64,000 nt of DNA from Rhodoferax sp. (GTDB taxonomy: Bacteria > Pseudomonadota > Gammaproteobacteria > Burkholderiales > Burkholderiaceae_C): NCBI GenBank assembly GCA_031396205.1, contig JANNKH010000114.1:14083-78082 (forward strand), in the 5' to 3' direction. Position 1 is the first letter of the stretch. Every line of letters begins with the position of its first letter. Of this stretch, positions 27,135-38,088 are shown in pieces. Under the pieces are notes generated by a model that did no database searches, had not been told where the DNA came from, and was given only the letters and a program-made list of their open reading frames with translations. The position numbers and the translations under genes are program-made.

Positions 27135-28075
27135 CCGCCACCCAAGCCACGCTGAGCGCGCCCGGCACGCTGGCCGACCGTCTGTCGACGCTGCTGTACA
27201 CGCGCCGCGGCCTGTTGTTGGCCGTGCTGCTGGCACCGCCCCTTTTGTGGTTCGGCGTCATCTACCTTGGCTCGTTGTTCAGCCTGCTGGCAAACAGCCT
27301 TTTCCGGCTCGATGATTTCACCGGGCAGGTCGTGCGCGAGGTGGGCCTGCGCAATTTCGTCGAGATCTTTTCGCCCACCAACCTGGACGTGGCGCTGCGC
27401 AGCACACTGATGGCGATCGCGGTCACGCTGGCCTGCAGCGTGATCGGCTTTCCGATTGCCTACTACATGGCCCGGCACGCGCGCGGCGCACAGAAAGCCA
27501 TTTTGTTCGTCGCCGTCATGTTGCCGCTGTGGTCCAGTTACCTGGTGCGCGTCTACGCCTGGAAGCTGCTGCTGGCCAAGGAGGGCGCGATTTCCTGGGT
27601 TGCCGAGGCGTTGCACCTGCAGTGGCTGCTGGACGGTCTGCTCGGCCTGCCGGTTGTCGGCGGCAGCTCGCTGAGCTTCTCGCCGACGGGCACCTTCATC
27701 GTGTTTGTCTACATGTGGCTGCCGTTCATGATCCTGCCGATTCAGGCGGCCATCGAGCGCATCCCGGGCTCCTATCTGGAAGCCTCGGGCGACCTGGGCG
27801 CGACGCCGGCGCAGACCTTGCGCAAGGTTATCCTGCCGCTGGCGATGCCGGGCATCGCCGCAGGGTCGATCTTCTCGTTTTCGCTGACGCTGGGCGACTA
27901 CATCATTCCGCAGATCATCGGCAATTCCACCCAGTACATCGGGCAGGTGGTCTACCGCCAGCAGGGGGTCGCAGGCAACCTGCCGTTCGCAGCGGCGTTC
28001 TCGCTGGTGCCGATCGCGATCATCGGTGTCTACCTGTGGCTGGCCAAACGCAAGGGAGCCTTTGATGCGCTCTAG
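27131..28075 (+). CDS. ydcU: ABC permease (YdcU-like)
   Basis: ATGA overlap with ydcT. Polytopic, with [25 protein letters not shown] as the EAA loop. Confidence 0.85.
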   Translation: MTATQATLSAPGTLADRLSTLLYTRRGLLLAVLLAPPLLWFGVIYLGSLFSLLANSLFRLDDFTGQVVREVGLRNFVEIFSPTNLDVALRSTLMAIAVTLACSVIGFPIAYYMARHARGAQKAILFVAVMLPLWSSYLVRVYAWKLLLAKEGAISWVAEALHLQWLLDGLLGLPVVGGSSLSFSPTGTFIVFVYMWLPFMILPIQAAIERIPGSYLEASGDLGATPAQTLRKVILPLAMPGIAAGSIFSFSLTLGDYIIPQIIGNSTQYIGQVVYRQQGVAGNLPFAAAFSLVPIAIIGVYLWLAKRKGAFDAL

Positions 28076-28892
28076 CTCCGCCCGATCGTCCAAACCAGTG
28101 CGGGGCGCCTCCGTGGGACTAAAAGTCGCGGCCTGGGGTGGCGTGCTGTTCCTGCATATTCCGCTGGCGCTGATCATCCTGTACGCGTTCAGCAGCGAGG
28201 ACAAGAGCTATATCTTTCCACCACCGGGCCTCACCACCCGATGGTTTGCGGTGGCGATGGAACGCCAGGATGTCTGGGACGCCATGGCGCTGTCGTTCCA
28301 GGTGGCCTCTTGGGCGACCGGCGTTGCCCTGGTGCTGGGCACATTGGCGGCCGGCGCGCTGGCACGCACCCGGTTCTTCGGCCGCGAGGTCGTCAACCTG
28401 CTGCTGATCCTGCCGATCGCACTGCCCGGCGTGATCACGGGCATCGCGCTGCGCTCGGCCTACCACTCGCTGGACATACCCTTCAGTTTCTGGACCATCG
28501 TGATCGGACACGCCACGTTCTGTGTGGTGGTGGTCTACAACAATGTCGTGGCCCGGTTGCGGCGGGTCAGTCCGTCGCTGCTCGAAGCATCGATGGATCT
28601 GGGCGCGAACGCATTCCAGACCTTTCGGCATGTGCTGCTGCCGCAGCTCGGCAGCGCCATGCTGGCCGGCGGTCTGCTGGCATTCGCGCTGAGTTTCGAC
28701 GAAGTGATCGTGACCACGTTCACCGCCGGTCAGCAGACCACGCTGCCGATCTGGATGTTCCAGGAGCTGATCCGGCCGCGCCAGCGACCGGTCACCAATG
28801 TCGTCGCGGTGATCATCATCGGGCTGACCTTTGTACCCATCGTGGCCGCCTATTGGCTGACCCGCTCCAACGAGGACAGCCATAGCCGCTGA
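28065..28892 (+). CDS. ydcV: ABC permease (YdcV-like)
   Basis: Start at ATG 28065, overlapping the ydcU end. [22 protein letters not shown] is the EAA loop. Confidence 0.85.
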   Translation: MRSSSARSSKPVRGASVGLKVAAWGGVLFLHIPLALIILYAFSSEDKSYIFPPPGLTTRWFAVAMERQDVWDAMALSFQVASWATGVALVLGTLAAGALARTRFFGREVVNLLLILPIALPGVITGIALRSAYHSLDIPFSFWTIVIGHATFCVVVVYNNVVARLRRVSPSLLEASMDLGANAFQTFRHVLLPQLGSAMLAGGLLAFALSFDEVIVTTFTAGQQTTLPIWMFQELIRPRQRPVTNVVAVIIIGLTFVPIVAAYWLTRSNEDSHSR

Positions 28893-28947
28893 TTCCGCCG
28901 CAGCGCCTACCACGTATTGCCAGCAACCGACCCAAGGAGTGACGAGC

Positions 28948-30405
28948 ATGAACCAACCAACCGCACCCGACACAGCGCTGCCGACCGAACTGCTGATCGA
29001 CCACCAGCTGGTCAAGGGCGAAGGGCCCGACGAGGCCATCCTCAATCCCGCAACGGGCGACGTGCTGTGCATCGTTGCCGAAGCCTCACAGGAGCAGGTG
29101 CATCGCGCTGTCCTGGCGGCCGGTCGTGCCTTCGAGACCTTCTCACAGACCACTCCGGGCGAACGCGCCGGCATGCTGCTGCGGCTGGCCGACGCGATCG
29201 AAGACCATGCCGAACGGTTTGCGCGGCTCGAATCACTCAACTGCGGCAAGCCCCATGCGCGGGCCCTGGGGGACGAGATACCGGCGATTGCCGATTGTTT
29301 CCGCTATTTTGCCGGCGCCGCCCGCTGCATGACCGGCTCGATCGCGGGTGAGTATCTGGCCGGACACACCAGCATGATCCGGCGCGATCCGATCGGCGTT
29401 GTCGCGTCGATCGCACCGTGGAATTACCCGCTGATGATGGCCGCCTGGAAGATCGCGCCCGCGCTGGCGGGCGGCAACACGGTCGTTCTAAAGCCCAGCG
29501 AGCAAACGCCGCTGACCGCGCTGTTGCTGGCGCGGCTGGCGATCGACATCCTGCCCAAGGGCGTGCTCAATGTCGTGTGTGGCCGTGGCGCCAGCGTCGG
29601 CCAGAGCCTGGTCGAGCATCCGCAGGTGCGCATGGTGTCGGTCACCGGCGACGTGGCCACCGGCCGCCGGATCCTTCAGGCTGCGTCGGCTACGCTCAAG
29701 CGCACCCATCTCGAGCTCGGCGGCAAGGCGCCGGTGATCGTGTTCGACGATGCCGACCTGGCCGCCGTTGTCGAGGGCCTGCGCACCTTCGGCTACTACA
29801 ACGCAGGCCAGGACTGCACGGCGGCCTGCCGTGTCTATGCCGGGGCCCGCATCTACGACAGGCTGGTCGCCGATCTCAGTTCCGCCGCGGCCAGCCTGAA
29901 GATGGGAACCCAGGACGAAGACGGCGTCGAACTCGGCCCGCTGATATCGGACCGCCAGCGCAACCGGGTGGCCAGCTTTGTCGAGCGGGCCCAGATGGCC
30001 GGCCACATGGAGGTCACCACCGGCGGCAAGCTGCGGCCGGGCGCCGGTTTTTTCTACGAACCCACGGTAATTGCCGGTGCGCGCCAGGAAGACGAGATCG
30101 TGCAACGCGAAGTATTCGGACCGGTCGTGTCCGTCACGCGATTCAACGACACCGACCAGATGGTGCGCTGGGCCAACGACTCGGAGTACGGCCTGGCCTC
30201 CAGCGTCTGGACCCAGGACGTGGGCCGCGCCATGCGCGTCGCCAAGCAGTTGCAGTATGGCTGCACCTGGATCAACACCCACTTCATGCTGGTCAACGAG
30301 ATGCCGCACGGTGGTCTCAAGTCATCGGGCTATGGCAAGGACATGTCGATGGTTGCCCTGGAAGACTACACGGTGGCGCGCCACGTGATGGTGAAACTGC
30401 ACTGA
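28948..30405 (+). CDS. patD: Gamma-aminobutyraldehyde dehydrogenase (PatD/YdcW-like aldehyde dehydrogenase)
   Basis: AAGGAG sits 8 nt before ATG 28948. ALDH motifs [17 protein letters not shown] and NAGQDCTAA are present. Synteny after ydcSTUV matches E. coli. Confidence 0.8.
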   Translation: MNQPTAPDTALPTELLIDHQLVKGEGPDEAILNPATGDVLCIVAEASQEQVHRAVLAAGRAFETFSQTTPGERAGMLLRLADAIEDHAERFARLESLNCGKPHARALGDEIPAIADCFRYFAGAARCMTGSIAGEYLAGHTSMIRRDPIGVVASIAPWNYPLMMAAWKIAPALAGGNTVVLKPSEQTPLTALLLARLAIDILPKGVLNVVCGRGASVGQSLVEHPQVRMVSVTGDVATGRRILQAASATLKRTHLELGGKAPVIVFDDADLAAVVEGLRTFGYYNAGQDCTAACRVYAGARIYDRLVADLSSAAASLKMGTQDEDGVELGPLISDRQRNRVASFVERAQMAGHMEVTTGGKLRPGAGFFYEPTVIAGARQEDEIVQREVFGPVVSVTRFNDTDQMVRWANDSEYGLASSVWTQDVGRAMRVAKQLQYGCTWINTHFMLVNEMPHGGLKSSGYGKDMSMVALEDYTVARHVMVKLH

Positions 30406-30449
30406 GGCAGGCATCTGCGCGCACGCCGGTGTTCGCGCGGACCGGCCGC

Positions 30450-31775
30450 TCAGGCGGCAATAGTGTCCACCAGGATCGGGCGCTCCGTTGGAGCCATGTC
30501 CCCGATCGTGATGCACTGGGCCGCGCGCGTGCAGGCCGATGCGGCCATGGCCGCATCGGCTGCATGCAGCTGCGCGATCCGGTCACCCACCGTGACCCGG
30601 GCGCCTACACCGAGCACCGCGTCAAGCCCGACACGGTGGTCAACCGGATCGCTGGCGCGCCGGCGCCCGCCGCCCAGTTCGATCACCAGCAGGCCAATCT
30701 CTCGCGTCGCGATATTGGTGATCCAGCCATCGCGCGTCGCCAGTACCGGCTGTTGCACCGGCGCGGCTGCGAGGTACTGCGCGGGGCGCTCGACGAAATC
30801 GCCCGGACCACCCAGTACTGCGACCATGCGCGCGAAATGCTCCAGTGCAGAACCATCGTCCAGCACCCGGTCGAGCCGAACGATCGCCTGCTCCCGACCG
30901 GTCGCCAGCTTGCCTAAAACCAGCAACTCCGCGCACAAGGCCAACGTCACCGCCAATAGCCGCGGCTCGCGGCGCCGGCCGCTGAGAAAATCAACCGCCT
31001 CACGCACCTCCAGTGCATTGCCGCAACTGTGGCCCAGCACCTGGTTCATGTCGGTGATCAGCGCGCGCGTCGGCAATCCGGCGCCATTGGCCACCGACAC
31101 CAATGACTGCGCAAGTTCGCGCGCCATCGCGGTGGACGCGGCAAACGCGCCATTGCCGGTCTTGACGTCCAGCACCAGTCCCTGCAACCCGGCCGCCAGC
31201 TTCTTGGACAGTATGCTGGCGGTGATCAGCGGGATCGATTCGACAGTGGCGGTCACGTCGCGCACCGCATACAGCCGCCGATCGGCCGGGGCGAGGTCGG
31301 CGGTCTGGCCAACGATGGCGCAGCCGGCGGCGCGCAGGGCCTGGCGCAACCTGTCGTTCGTCGGGGCGGTCTGGTAGCCAGGAATGCTGTCCATCTTGTC
31401 CAGCGTGCCGCCGGTGTGGCCCAGGCCGCGGCCAGAGATCATCGGCACGAAGGCGCCGCAGGCCGCCAGCATCGGCGCCAGCACCAGGCTGACCTTGTCG
31501 CCGACGCCGCCGGTGGAATGCTTGTCCAGGGTCGGGCCGTCGAAGTTCTCGCCGCTCCAGTCCATCACGCGGCCCGAATGCGTCATCGCGCGGGTCAGCG
31601 CTACGGTCTCGGCTGTGTCCATGCCATTGAGGAAGGCCGCCATGGCCATCGCGGCGGCCTGGCCCTCGCTCCAACTGCCGTCGACCAGGCCGGTGACAAA
31701 GGCCGCAATCTGCGCCTGGTTCAGCGTCCCACCGTCGCGTTTGATGCGAATAATCTCCTGGGCCAGCATCGCCAT
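30450..31775 (-). CDS. deoA: Thymidine phosphorylase
   Basis: 441-aa ORF. DKHSTGGVGDKVSL, ISGRGLGHTGGTLDK and SIPLITASILSKK are present. Confidence 0.9.
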   Translation of the reverse strand: MAMLAQEIIRIKRDGGTLNQAQIAAFVTGLVDGSWSEGQAAAMAMAAFLNGMDTAETVALTRAMTHSGRVMDWSGENFDGPTLDKHSTGGVGDKVSLVLAPMLAACGAFVPMISGRGLGHTGGTLDKMDSIPGYQTAPTNDRLRQALRAAGCAIVGQTADLAPADRRLYAVRDVTATVESIPLITASILSKKLAAGLQGLVLDVKTGNGAFAASTAMARELAQSLVSVANGAGLPTRALITDMNQVLGHSCGNALEVREAVDFLSGRRREPRLLAVTLALCAELLVLGKLATGREQAIVRLDRVLDDGSALEHFARMVAVLGGPGDFVERPAQYLAAAPVQQPVLATRDGWITNIATREIGLLVIELGGGRRRASDPVDHRVGLDAVLGVGARVTVGDRIAQLHAADAAMAASACTRAAQCITIGDMAPTERPILVDTIAA

Positions 31776-31791
31776 CGCCTGGACTCCCCGA

Positions 31792-32214
31792 TCAGGCCAG
31801 GTGTTCGGGACCGAAACTATGCGGCAGCAGTTGATCCAGCGTAAAGCTCGCCCGCACCTGTTGCGGATTGGCGATCAGGATCGGCGTTTGCGGCCCGGCG
31901 AATTCGCGAATCTTCTGGCGGCAGCCGCCACATGGCGTGACCAGGCCGTCGCCCAGGCCGACCACCATTACCGCGCGCACGTTGCTGCCACCGGCCAGCA
32001 CCATTGCGCTGAGCGCGCCGGCCTCGGCGCACAGGCCCTGCGGATAGGCCGCGTTCTCCACATTGCAACCGGCATGGATGCGGCCCTGCGCATCGAGCAC
32101 CGCCGCGCCGACAGGGAAACGCGAGTACGGCGCATGCGCGCGCGCCATCGCTGCACTGGCGGCTGCCAGCAGCGCGCCTCGTAGCGCCTCGTCGATCTCG
32201 AACGGTTCGGCCAT
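31792..32214 (-). CDS. cdd: Cytidine deaminase
   Basis: Start at ATG 32214, within ORF 31792..33123. Zinc motifs CAEAGA and PCGGCRQ are present. 140 aa. Confidence 0.9.
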   Translation of the reverse strand: MAEPFEIDEALRGALLAAASAAMARAHAPYSRFPVGAAVLDAQGRIHAGCNVENAAYPQGLCAEAGALSAMVLAGGSNVRAVMVVGLGDGLVTPCGGCRQKIREFAGPQTPILIANPQQVRASFTLDQLLPHSFGPEHLA

Positions 32215-32219
32215 CGCGC

Positions 32220-33188
32220 TCAACGCTCCTTCAGGTAGGGCCGGCCCAACGCCTGCGGCGCGACGGTACGCCCGATGAACCCGGCCAGCAGCACCACCGT
32301 CAACAGATACGGCAGGGCCTGTATGGCTTGCACCGGCACCAGGCCGATGATCGGCAACGGCACGCCCTGCAGTCGGATTGCGACCGCATCCAGGAAGCCA
32401 AACAACAGACAGGCCCAGAACGCTCCCACCGGATGCCATTTGCCGAAGATCATCGCGGCCAGCGCCATGAAGCCACGGCCCGCCGTCATGTTGGGCACGA
32501 AGGACGCGTTCTGCGCCAGCACCAGATAGCTGCCGGCCAGGCCGCACAGCAGGCCGTTGAGCGTCAGCGCCGCATAGCGCATGCGCGACACCGAGACACC
32601 GGCGGCATCGACCATGTGGGCATTCTCGCCCACCGCGCGCAGCCGCAGGCCGAAGCGGGTGCGGTACAGCAGCCACCAGACCGCCGGCACCAGGGACAGC
32701 GCCACATACACCAGGATGTTGTGGCTGAGCAGTCCCTCGCCCAGCACAGGGCCAACCACCGGAACGTTTTGCAAGGCCGCGACGGCGCCCGGCATCAACG
32801 CCTGCATCCGCACCTCGGTCGTCACGGGGGGCGTCTGGCCGCCTTGCGCGAACCAGGCGATGCCCAGCACCGCCGTCATGCCCACCGCGATGATGTTGAT
32901 CGCCACTCCCGACACGACCTGGTCGCCGCGATGGCTGACGCAGGCCAGCCCGTGCAACCAGGACAGCAGCACGGTGGTGCCCATCGCGATCACCAGGGCC
33001 AGCGTTGTGGAGCCGAAAGTCACGCCGGCGGCGCCTGCCGCAAAGGCGGCGAACAGCATCTTGCCCTCCAGCCCGATATCGATGACACCGGCGCGCTCCG
33101 ACAACAACCCGGCCAGCGCGCACAGGATCAGCGGCGTCGACACCCGCAGCGTCGACGCAATCAACGAGCCGATCATGGCCTCATCCAT
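32220..33188 (-). CDS. BMP-family (nucleoside/simple sugar) ABC permease (YufQ/NupQ-like)
   Basis: Polytopic. Start ATG 33188 overlaps the upstream stop. Confidence 0.8.
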   Translation of the reverse strand: MDEAMIGSLIASTLRVSTPLILCALAGLLSERAGVIDIGLEGKMLFAAFAAGAAGVTFGSTTLALVIAMGTTVLLSWLHGLACVSHRGDQVVSGVAINIIAVGMTAVLGIAWFAQGGQTPPVTTEVRMQALMPGAVAALQNVPVVGPVLGEGLLSHNILVYVALSLVPAVWWLLYRTRFGLRLRAVGENAHMVDAAGVSVSRMRYAALTLNGLLCGLAGSYLVLAQNASFVPNMTAGRGFMALAAMIFGKWHPVGAFWACLLFGFLDAVAIRLQGVPLPIIGLVPVQAIQALPYLLTVVLLAGFIGRTVAPQALGRPYLKER

Positions 33189-34308
33189 GGGCGGCCCCTT
33201 TCGCCACCGATGCGCCGCCACGCAAGGCGTTCAACGCCCACGCAACCGTGGGCGCCAGTACATACGCCATCGCGCCCGAGAACAACACGATGAATCCCTG
33301 CAGCATCACCACCATGTCGCGGCTGAAGCCGCGCACCTCGAAGCTGACCTCGGCGCCGCCCTGAAACAACGCGCCAAACAGGATGCTGGCCAGCACGATG
33401 CCAAACGGATGGCTGCGCCCCATCAGCGATACCGCGATGCCGGTGAAGCCGGCGCCGCTGACATATTCGAGCATCAGGCGCCCGCTGACGCCGGCAATCT
33501 CGTTCATGCCAACCATGCCGGCCAGCGCACCCGATACCCCCATCGCCAAAATGACCTGGTGGTTCGGGTTGATGCCGGCGTAGGCGGCAGCACGGGCGCT
33601 GGAGCCGGTGGCGCGCAGGTCGTAGCCAAGCCGGGTATGCCAGAGCAGGAAATACACGCCCGCTGCGGCCAGCAAGGCCAGAAAGACGCTGGTGTTGAGT
33701 GGCGAATTGGGCCATTCCACACCGAGCCACCCCATGAAACTGTGCATGCTCGGCAGCTTGGCCGATTCCGCGAAGGAAGCGCTCTCGACCGACATGTTGC
33801 CCGGCACCTTGAGATGGTTGACCAGCAGGTAGACCAGCAGGCTGCTGGCCAGGAAATTGAACATGATGGTGGTGATCACGACATGGCTGCCGCGGTAGGC
33901 CTGCAGGTAGGCCGGCACCGCCGCCCAGACCATGCCGAACAGGGCTCCGACCAGCAGCATCAGCGGCAGCATCGCCCAGGCCGGCAGCATGTGCGACAGC
34001 CATAGCGCGACCAGGCCGGTGCCCAGGCCTCCCAGGATGGCCTGGCCCTCGCCGCCAATATTGAACAGGCCGCCGTGAAAGGCCACCGCCACCGCCAGCC
34101 CGGTGAAGACGAAGGTGGTCGCGTAGTACAGGGTATAGCTCAGGCCGCGCGTGGTTCCAAAGGCCCCGTGCACCAGCACCTGGATCACCTCCAGCGGATT
34201 CTGGCCGACCAGCCAGACCATCACACCGGCCGCCAGCAGGGCAACTGCCAGGTTGATGACGGGCAACAGGACGAGGTCGGCCCAGCGCGGCAAAGGTTGA
34301 TTTGTCAT
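33181..34308 (-). CDS. BMP-family ABC permease (YufP/NupP-like)
   Basis: Polytopic. Start ATG 34308 overlaps the ATPase stop (ATGA). Confidence 0.8.
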   Translation of the reverse strand: MTNQPLPRWADLVLLPVINLAVALLAAGVMVWLVGQNPLEVIQVLVHGAFGTTRGLSYTLYYATTFVFTGLAVAVAFHGGLFNIGGEGQAILGGLGTGLVALWLSHMLPAWAMLPLMLLVGALFGMVWAAVPAYLQAYRGSHVVITTIMFNFLASSLLVYLLVNHLKVPGNMSVESASFAESAKLPSMHSFMGWLGVEWPNSPLNTSVFLALLAAAGVYFLLWHTRLGYDLRATGSSARAAAYAGINPNHQVILAMGVSGALAGMVGMNEIAGVSGRLMLEYVSGAGFTGIAVSLMGRSHPFGIVLASILFGALFQGGAEVSFEVRGFSRDMVVMLQGFIVLFSGAMAYVLAPTVAWALNALRGGASVAKGAAHG

Positions 34309-35879
34309 GCGGACGTTCCCGTGGCCGCGGCCTTGGCAGCAACGCCCTCTTTGGCGCGCCCGCCACCGATCATCAACATGCCCAGCGTGCTCTCGTTGCA
34401 CTCGCCGATTGGCAGCTCGCCGGCGACCCGGCCCTGGTTCATCACGATCACCCGATCGGACAACGCCAGGATTTCATCCAACTCGCTGGACACCACCAGC
34501 ACCGCGCAACCGGCGTCGCGCATCGCCCGTAGCTGGCTGTAGATGAATTCGATGGCGCCGATGTCCACGCCGCGCGTCGGCTGACCGACCAGCAGCACCG
34601 TGGGCGACTGGCCAAGCTCGCGCGCCAGCACCAGCTTTTGCTGATTGCCACCCGAAAAACTCGCACACTGCAATTGCGCGTCGCGCGGGCGCACGTCAAA
34701 GCGCTCCATCATGTCGACCGTGGCCCGCTGCATCTGTGGATGCTGCATCCAGCCGGCCCGGCAATACTGCGGCAACCATTCGTAACCGAGCACCGCCGAT
34801 TCCCAGGCCTCGAAGGCCATGACCATGGCGCGTTCATGCCGGTCCTCCGGCACGTGCGCCACACCCAGGTTGCGGGCCGTGCGCGGGTCGATCCAGGCAC
34901 CGGCACGAAAGGTCTTGGCCCCGACCGACAAGCTGCCCTCGCCCGGCGCCAGCAGCCCGGACAACACCTCCAGCAGTTCGCTCTGGCCATTGCCCGACAC
35001 GCCGGCAATGCCGACGATCTCGCCGGCCTTGAGATCGATATCGAGCTTGTGCAGCCGCACCACGCCCATCGGGTCGCGCACATGGATGCCGCGCGCCTGC
35101 ATCAACACTGCGCCTGGCGGCTTGTCGCTGTCACCGACCCGGCCCATGTTCACCTTGCGCCCGACCATGGCCTCGGCCAGCCCCTCGATGCTGGCGTCGG
35201 CAATCGCGACCTCCTGCACCACGCGACCGGCGCGCATCACCGTGACGCGGTCGCACAGCCGCATCACTTCCTTGAGCTTGTGGGTGATGAGCAAGATCGT
35301 CGTACCTTGCTCGCGCAGCAGCGCCAGCACGCCGAACAACTGCTCGGTCTCCTGCGGCGTCAGCACCGCGGTGGGTTCGTCCAGGATCAGGATCTTCGCG
35401 CCGCGATACAGGGCCTTGAGAATCTCCAGCCGCTGCCGATCGCCCACCGACAGATCGCCCACCAGCGCGTCGAGTTCGACCTTCAGGCCGGTGGAGGCCA
35501 TGAGCTCGATCAAACGCTTGCGCACAATACCCTCTGCTTTGTGCAGCAGCACATGCGGCTCTGCGCCCAGCATCACGTTTTCCAGCGCCGACAGCGTATC
35601 GACCAGCATGAAATGCTGGTGCACCATGCCGATGCCCAGCGCGATCGCCTCGTGCGCATTGCGGATCGTGGCGTCCTTGCCGAACACCCGGATCGAGCCG
35701 CTGTCGCAGGCATAGAACCCGTACAGCACCGACATCAGCGTGCTCTTGCCAGCCCCGTTTTCCCCCACGATGCCATGCACCGTGCCCTCGGCCACGGTCA
35801 GGTTCACATCCGCATTGGCCTGCACCGGGCCAAACCGTTTGCTGATACCGAGCATCTCGACCGCTGGCGCGTCGGACAA
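34305..35879 (-). CDS. Duplicated-cassette ABC ATP-binding protein (YufO/NupO/RbsA-like)
   Basis: 524-aa ORF with two nucleotide-binding cassettes (GENGAGKST and LSVGDRQR; second cassette GVSGNGQSEL and FSGGNQQK). Confidence 0.85.
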   Translation of the reverse strand: MSDAPAVEMLGISKRFGPVQANADVNLTVAEGTVHGIVGENGAGKSTLMSVLYGFYACDSGSIRVFGKDATIRNAHEAIALGIGMVHQHFMLVDTLSALENVMLGAEPHVLLHKAEGIVRKRLIELMASTGLKVELDALVGDLSVGDRQRLEILKALYRGAKILILDEPTAVLTPQETEQLFGVLALLREQGTTILLITHKLKEVMRLCDRVTVMRAGRVVQEVAIADASIEGLAEAMVGRKVNMGRVGDSDKPPGAVLMQARGIHVRDPMGVVRLHKLDIDLKAGEIVGIAGVSGNGQSELLEVLSGLLAPGEGSLSVGAKTFRAGAWIDPRTARNLGVAHVPEDRHERAMVMAFEAWESAVLGYEWLPQYCRAGWMQHPQMQRATVDMMERFDVRPRDAQLQCASFSGGNQQKLVLARELGQSPTVLLVGQPTRGVDIGAIEFIYSQLRAMRDAGCAVLVVSSELDEILALSDRVIVMNQGRVAGELPIGECNESTLGMLMIGGGRAKEGVAAKAAATGTSA

Positions 35880-36039
35880 AGCGGTCGCCCTTTATGCGAT
35901 GGAAGTGATCTTGACACTATGAGATGGTGCAGATTCCGTAGCGAGCGGGTCAAGATGGCGCCGAGGAGCAAAGCCGTACACCTGTACGGAGAGCACCGCA
36001 GACGCCAGATTGGCCCGCGCAGTAGGAAGATGCACTATC

Positions 36040-37014
36040 TCAATATTTGCAGGCGTTGTCGGCCATGTAATCGGCCACCTTGATCTTGCCCGAGATGATG
36101 TCGGCCTTGGCGGCGTCGACCTTCTTCTTCATGTCGGCGCTGACCAATTTTTCATTGTTCTTGTCGATCGCATAGTCGACACCGGCCTCTTTCAGTCCCA
36201 GCACCGACATGCCGGGTTTGTGGTTCTTGGACACGTTGTAGACCGCCACGTCAACGCGCTTGAGCATCGAGGTCAGCATGGTTCCGGGCTGCAGGTGGTT
36301 CTGGTTGCTGTCCACGCCAATGGCCAGTTTGCCGCCGTCCTTGGCAGCCTGGTACACGCCCATGCCGGTGCCGCCGGCCGCGGCAAAGATCACGTCGGCA
36401 CCCTTGGCAAACTGGGCCTTGGCCAGTTCGCCACCGCGCGCCGGGTCATTCCAGGCCGCACCGGTGGTGCCGGTCATGTTCTGGAACACCTCGGCCTTGG
36501 GGTTGGCGAACTTGGCGCCCTGCTCATAGCCACATTCGAACTTGCGGATCAGCGGAATGTCCATGCCGCCCACGAAGCCGACCTTGCCGGTCTTGCTGGC
36601 CATGGCCGCCATCATGCCGACCAGGAAGCTGCCTTCCTGCTCCTTGAACACCACCGACTGCACGTTGGGCAGATCGACCACCATGTCGATGATGGCGAAC
36701 TTGAGCTTGGGAAATTCCTTGGCGACTTTTTCGATCGCCGAGGCCTGGCTGAAGCTCATCGCTATGATCGGGCTGGCGCCTTTCTCGGCCATGCGGCGGA
36801 TTGCCTGCTCGCGCTGCGACTCGTTGGACACCTCGAATTCGAGGTAGCTCTTGCCGGATTCCTTTTTCCAGCGCTCCATGCCATTGAAGGCTGCTTCATT
36901 GAACGACTTGTCGAACTTGCCGCCCAGGTCGTACACGATGGCGGGTTCGGCCATGGCCTGAAAACTGGCTGCGAGGGCAACGGCAAGAATCCCGAGTTGG
37001 GTCTGGAGTTTCAT
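36040..37014 (-). CDS. BMP family ABC substrate-binding protein (nucleoside-binding type)
   Basis: Start at ATG 37014, with signal peptide MKLQTQLGILAVALAASFQAMA. DKSFNEAA..G and GVDSNQ motifs are present. Confidence 0.85.
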   Translation of the reverse strand: MKLQTQLGILAVALAASFQAMAEPAIVYDLGGKFDKSFNEAAFNGMERWKKESGKSYLEFEVSNESQREQAIRRMAEKGASPIIAMSFSQASAIEKVAKEFPKLKFAIIDMVVDLPNVQSVVFKEQEGSFLVGMMAAMASKTGKVGFVGGMDIPLIRKFECGYEQGAKFANPKAEVFQNMTGTTGAAWNDPARGGELAKAQFAKGADVIFAAAGGTGMGVYQAAKDGGKLAIGVDSNQNHLQPGTMLTSMLKRVDVAVYNVSKNHKPGMSVLGLKEAGVDYAIDKNNEKLVSADMKKKVDAAKADIISGKIKVADYMADNACKY

Positions 37015-37128
37015 GGTGAAGGTCTTTCGAGGTTGATAAGCAAAATACAAGGAATCAGCAAGCCTAGGCCTGCGCCCACCGGTTCGCAATCCGGGCTTTC
37101 CCGATAACGCGCAACCGACGGTTCTGGT

Positions 37129-38088
37129 TTACCTGGCCGCCGCGGTGGCGATAAGCGGATCATAACCACCGATCTGCGCCAATTGCACCGCGATCGCACT
37201 GGCCAGCCGGGCATTGTTCAAAACCAGTTCGATATTGGTCGCCAGACTGTCGCCGCCGGTCAACTCCGACACCCTTGCCAGCAGAAAGGGCGTGACCCGC
37301 TTGCCGGCGACCTGCTGTTGCTGCGCCTCCAGCAGCGCCTGCTCGATTGCGGCGTCCATACGCGCGCGCGGCTGCGCAAACGCCTGCGGCACCGGGTTGG
37401 CCACCACCATGCCGCCGCGCAGGCCCATCGCCCATTTCGCGTGCATGGCCCGGGCAATCTGCTGCGCGCTGTCGAGCCGGTAATCGACAGCGCAATCGCT
37501 GTCCACGGTGAAAAATGCCGGCAGGGTATCGGTCCGGTAGCCGATCACCGGCACGCCATGGGTTTCCAGGTACTCCAGCGTGAGCGGCAGGTCCAGGATC
37601 GATTTCGCGCCCGCGCAGACCACCGCCACCGGTGTGCGGGCAAGTTCCTGCAGGTCGGCCGACACATCGAAACTGTGCTGCGCTCCCCGGTGCACACCAC
37701 CGATGCCACCGGTGGCAAACACCCGGATGCCGGCCATCGCGGCGATGATCATCGTCGAGGCCACCGTAGTTGCGCCCATGGCGCCGCTGGTCACGATGAA
37801 CGGCAGGTCGCGCCGGCTCACCTTGGCCACCGCCGGGCCGGTGCGGCCCAGGGTTTCGATCTCGTCGGGCGTCAGGCCGGCTTTCAGGCGCCCGCCCAGC
37901 ACCGCGATGGTGGCCGGCACCGCGCCATGGTCGCGGATCTCGGCTTCCACCCGCAACGCCGTTGCCACGTTGTCCGGATACGGCATGCCGTGCGAGATGA
38001 TGGTCGATTCGAGCGCGACGACCGGTCGCTGTTCGGACAAGGCCTGCGCGACGTCGGGATGGATGTCCAGATAGGGTGGGGTGTTCAT
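37129..38088 (-). CDS. psuG: Pseudouridine-5'-phosphate glycosidase
   Basis: Start ATG 38088 overlaps the psuK stop (ATGA). VALESTIISHGMPYP, GATTVASTMI and FATGGIGGVHRG are present. Confidence 0.9.
   Translation of the reverse strand: MNTPPYLDIHPDVAQALSEQRPVVALESTIISHGMPYPDNVATALRVEAEIRDHGAVPATIAVLGGRLKAGLTPDEIETLGRTGPAVAKVSRRDLPFIVTSGAMGATTVASTMIIAAMAGIRVFATGGIGGVHRGAQHSFDVSADLQELARTPVAVVCAGAKSILDLPLTLEYLETHGVPVIGYRTDTLPAFFTVDSDCAVDYRLDSAQQIARAMHAKWAMGLRGGMVVANPVPQAFAQPRARMDAAIEQALLEAQQQQVAGKRVTPFLLARVSELTGGDSLATNIELVLNNARLASAIAVQLAQIGGYDPLIATAAAR

Noticed and set aside
24846-30405. ydcSTUV-patD cluster as something novel.
   Set aside because: It is colinear with the known E. coli ydcSTUV-patD arrangement. 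The only difference noted is a LysR-type neighbour instead of the MocR-type neighbour. This is ordinary metabolism.
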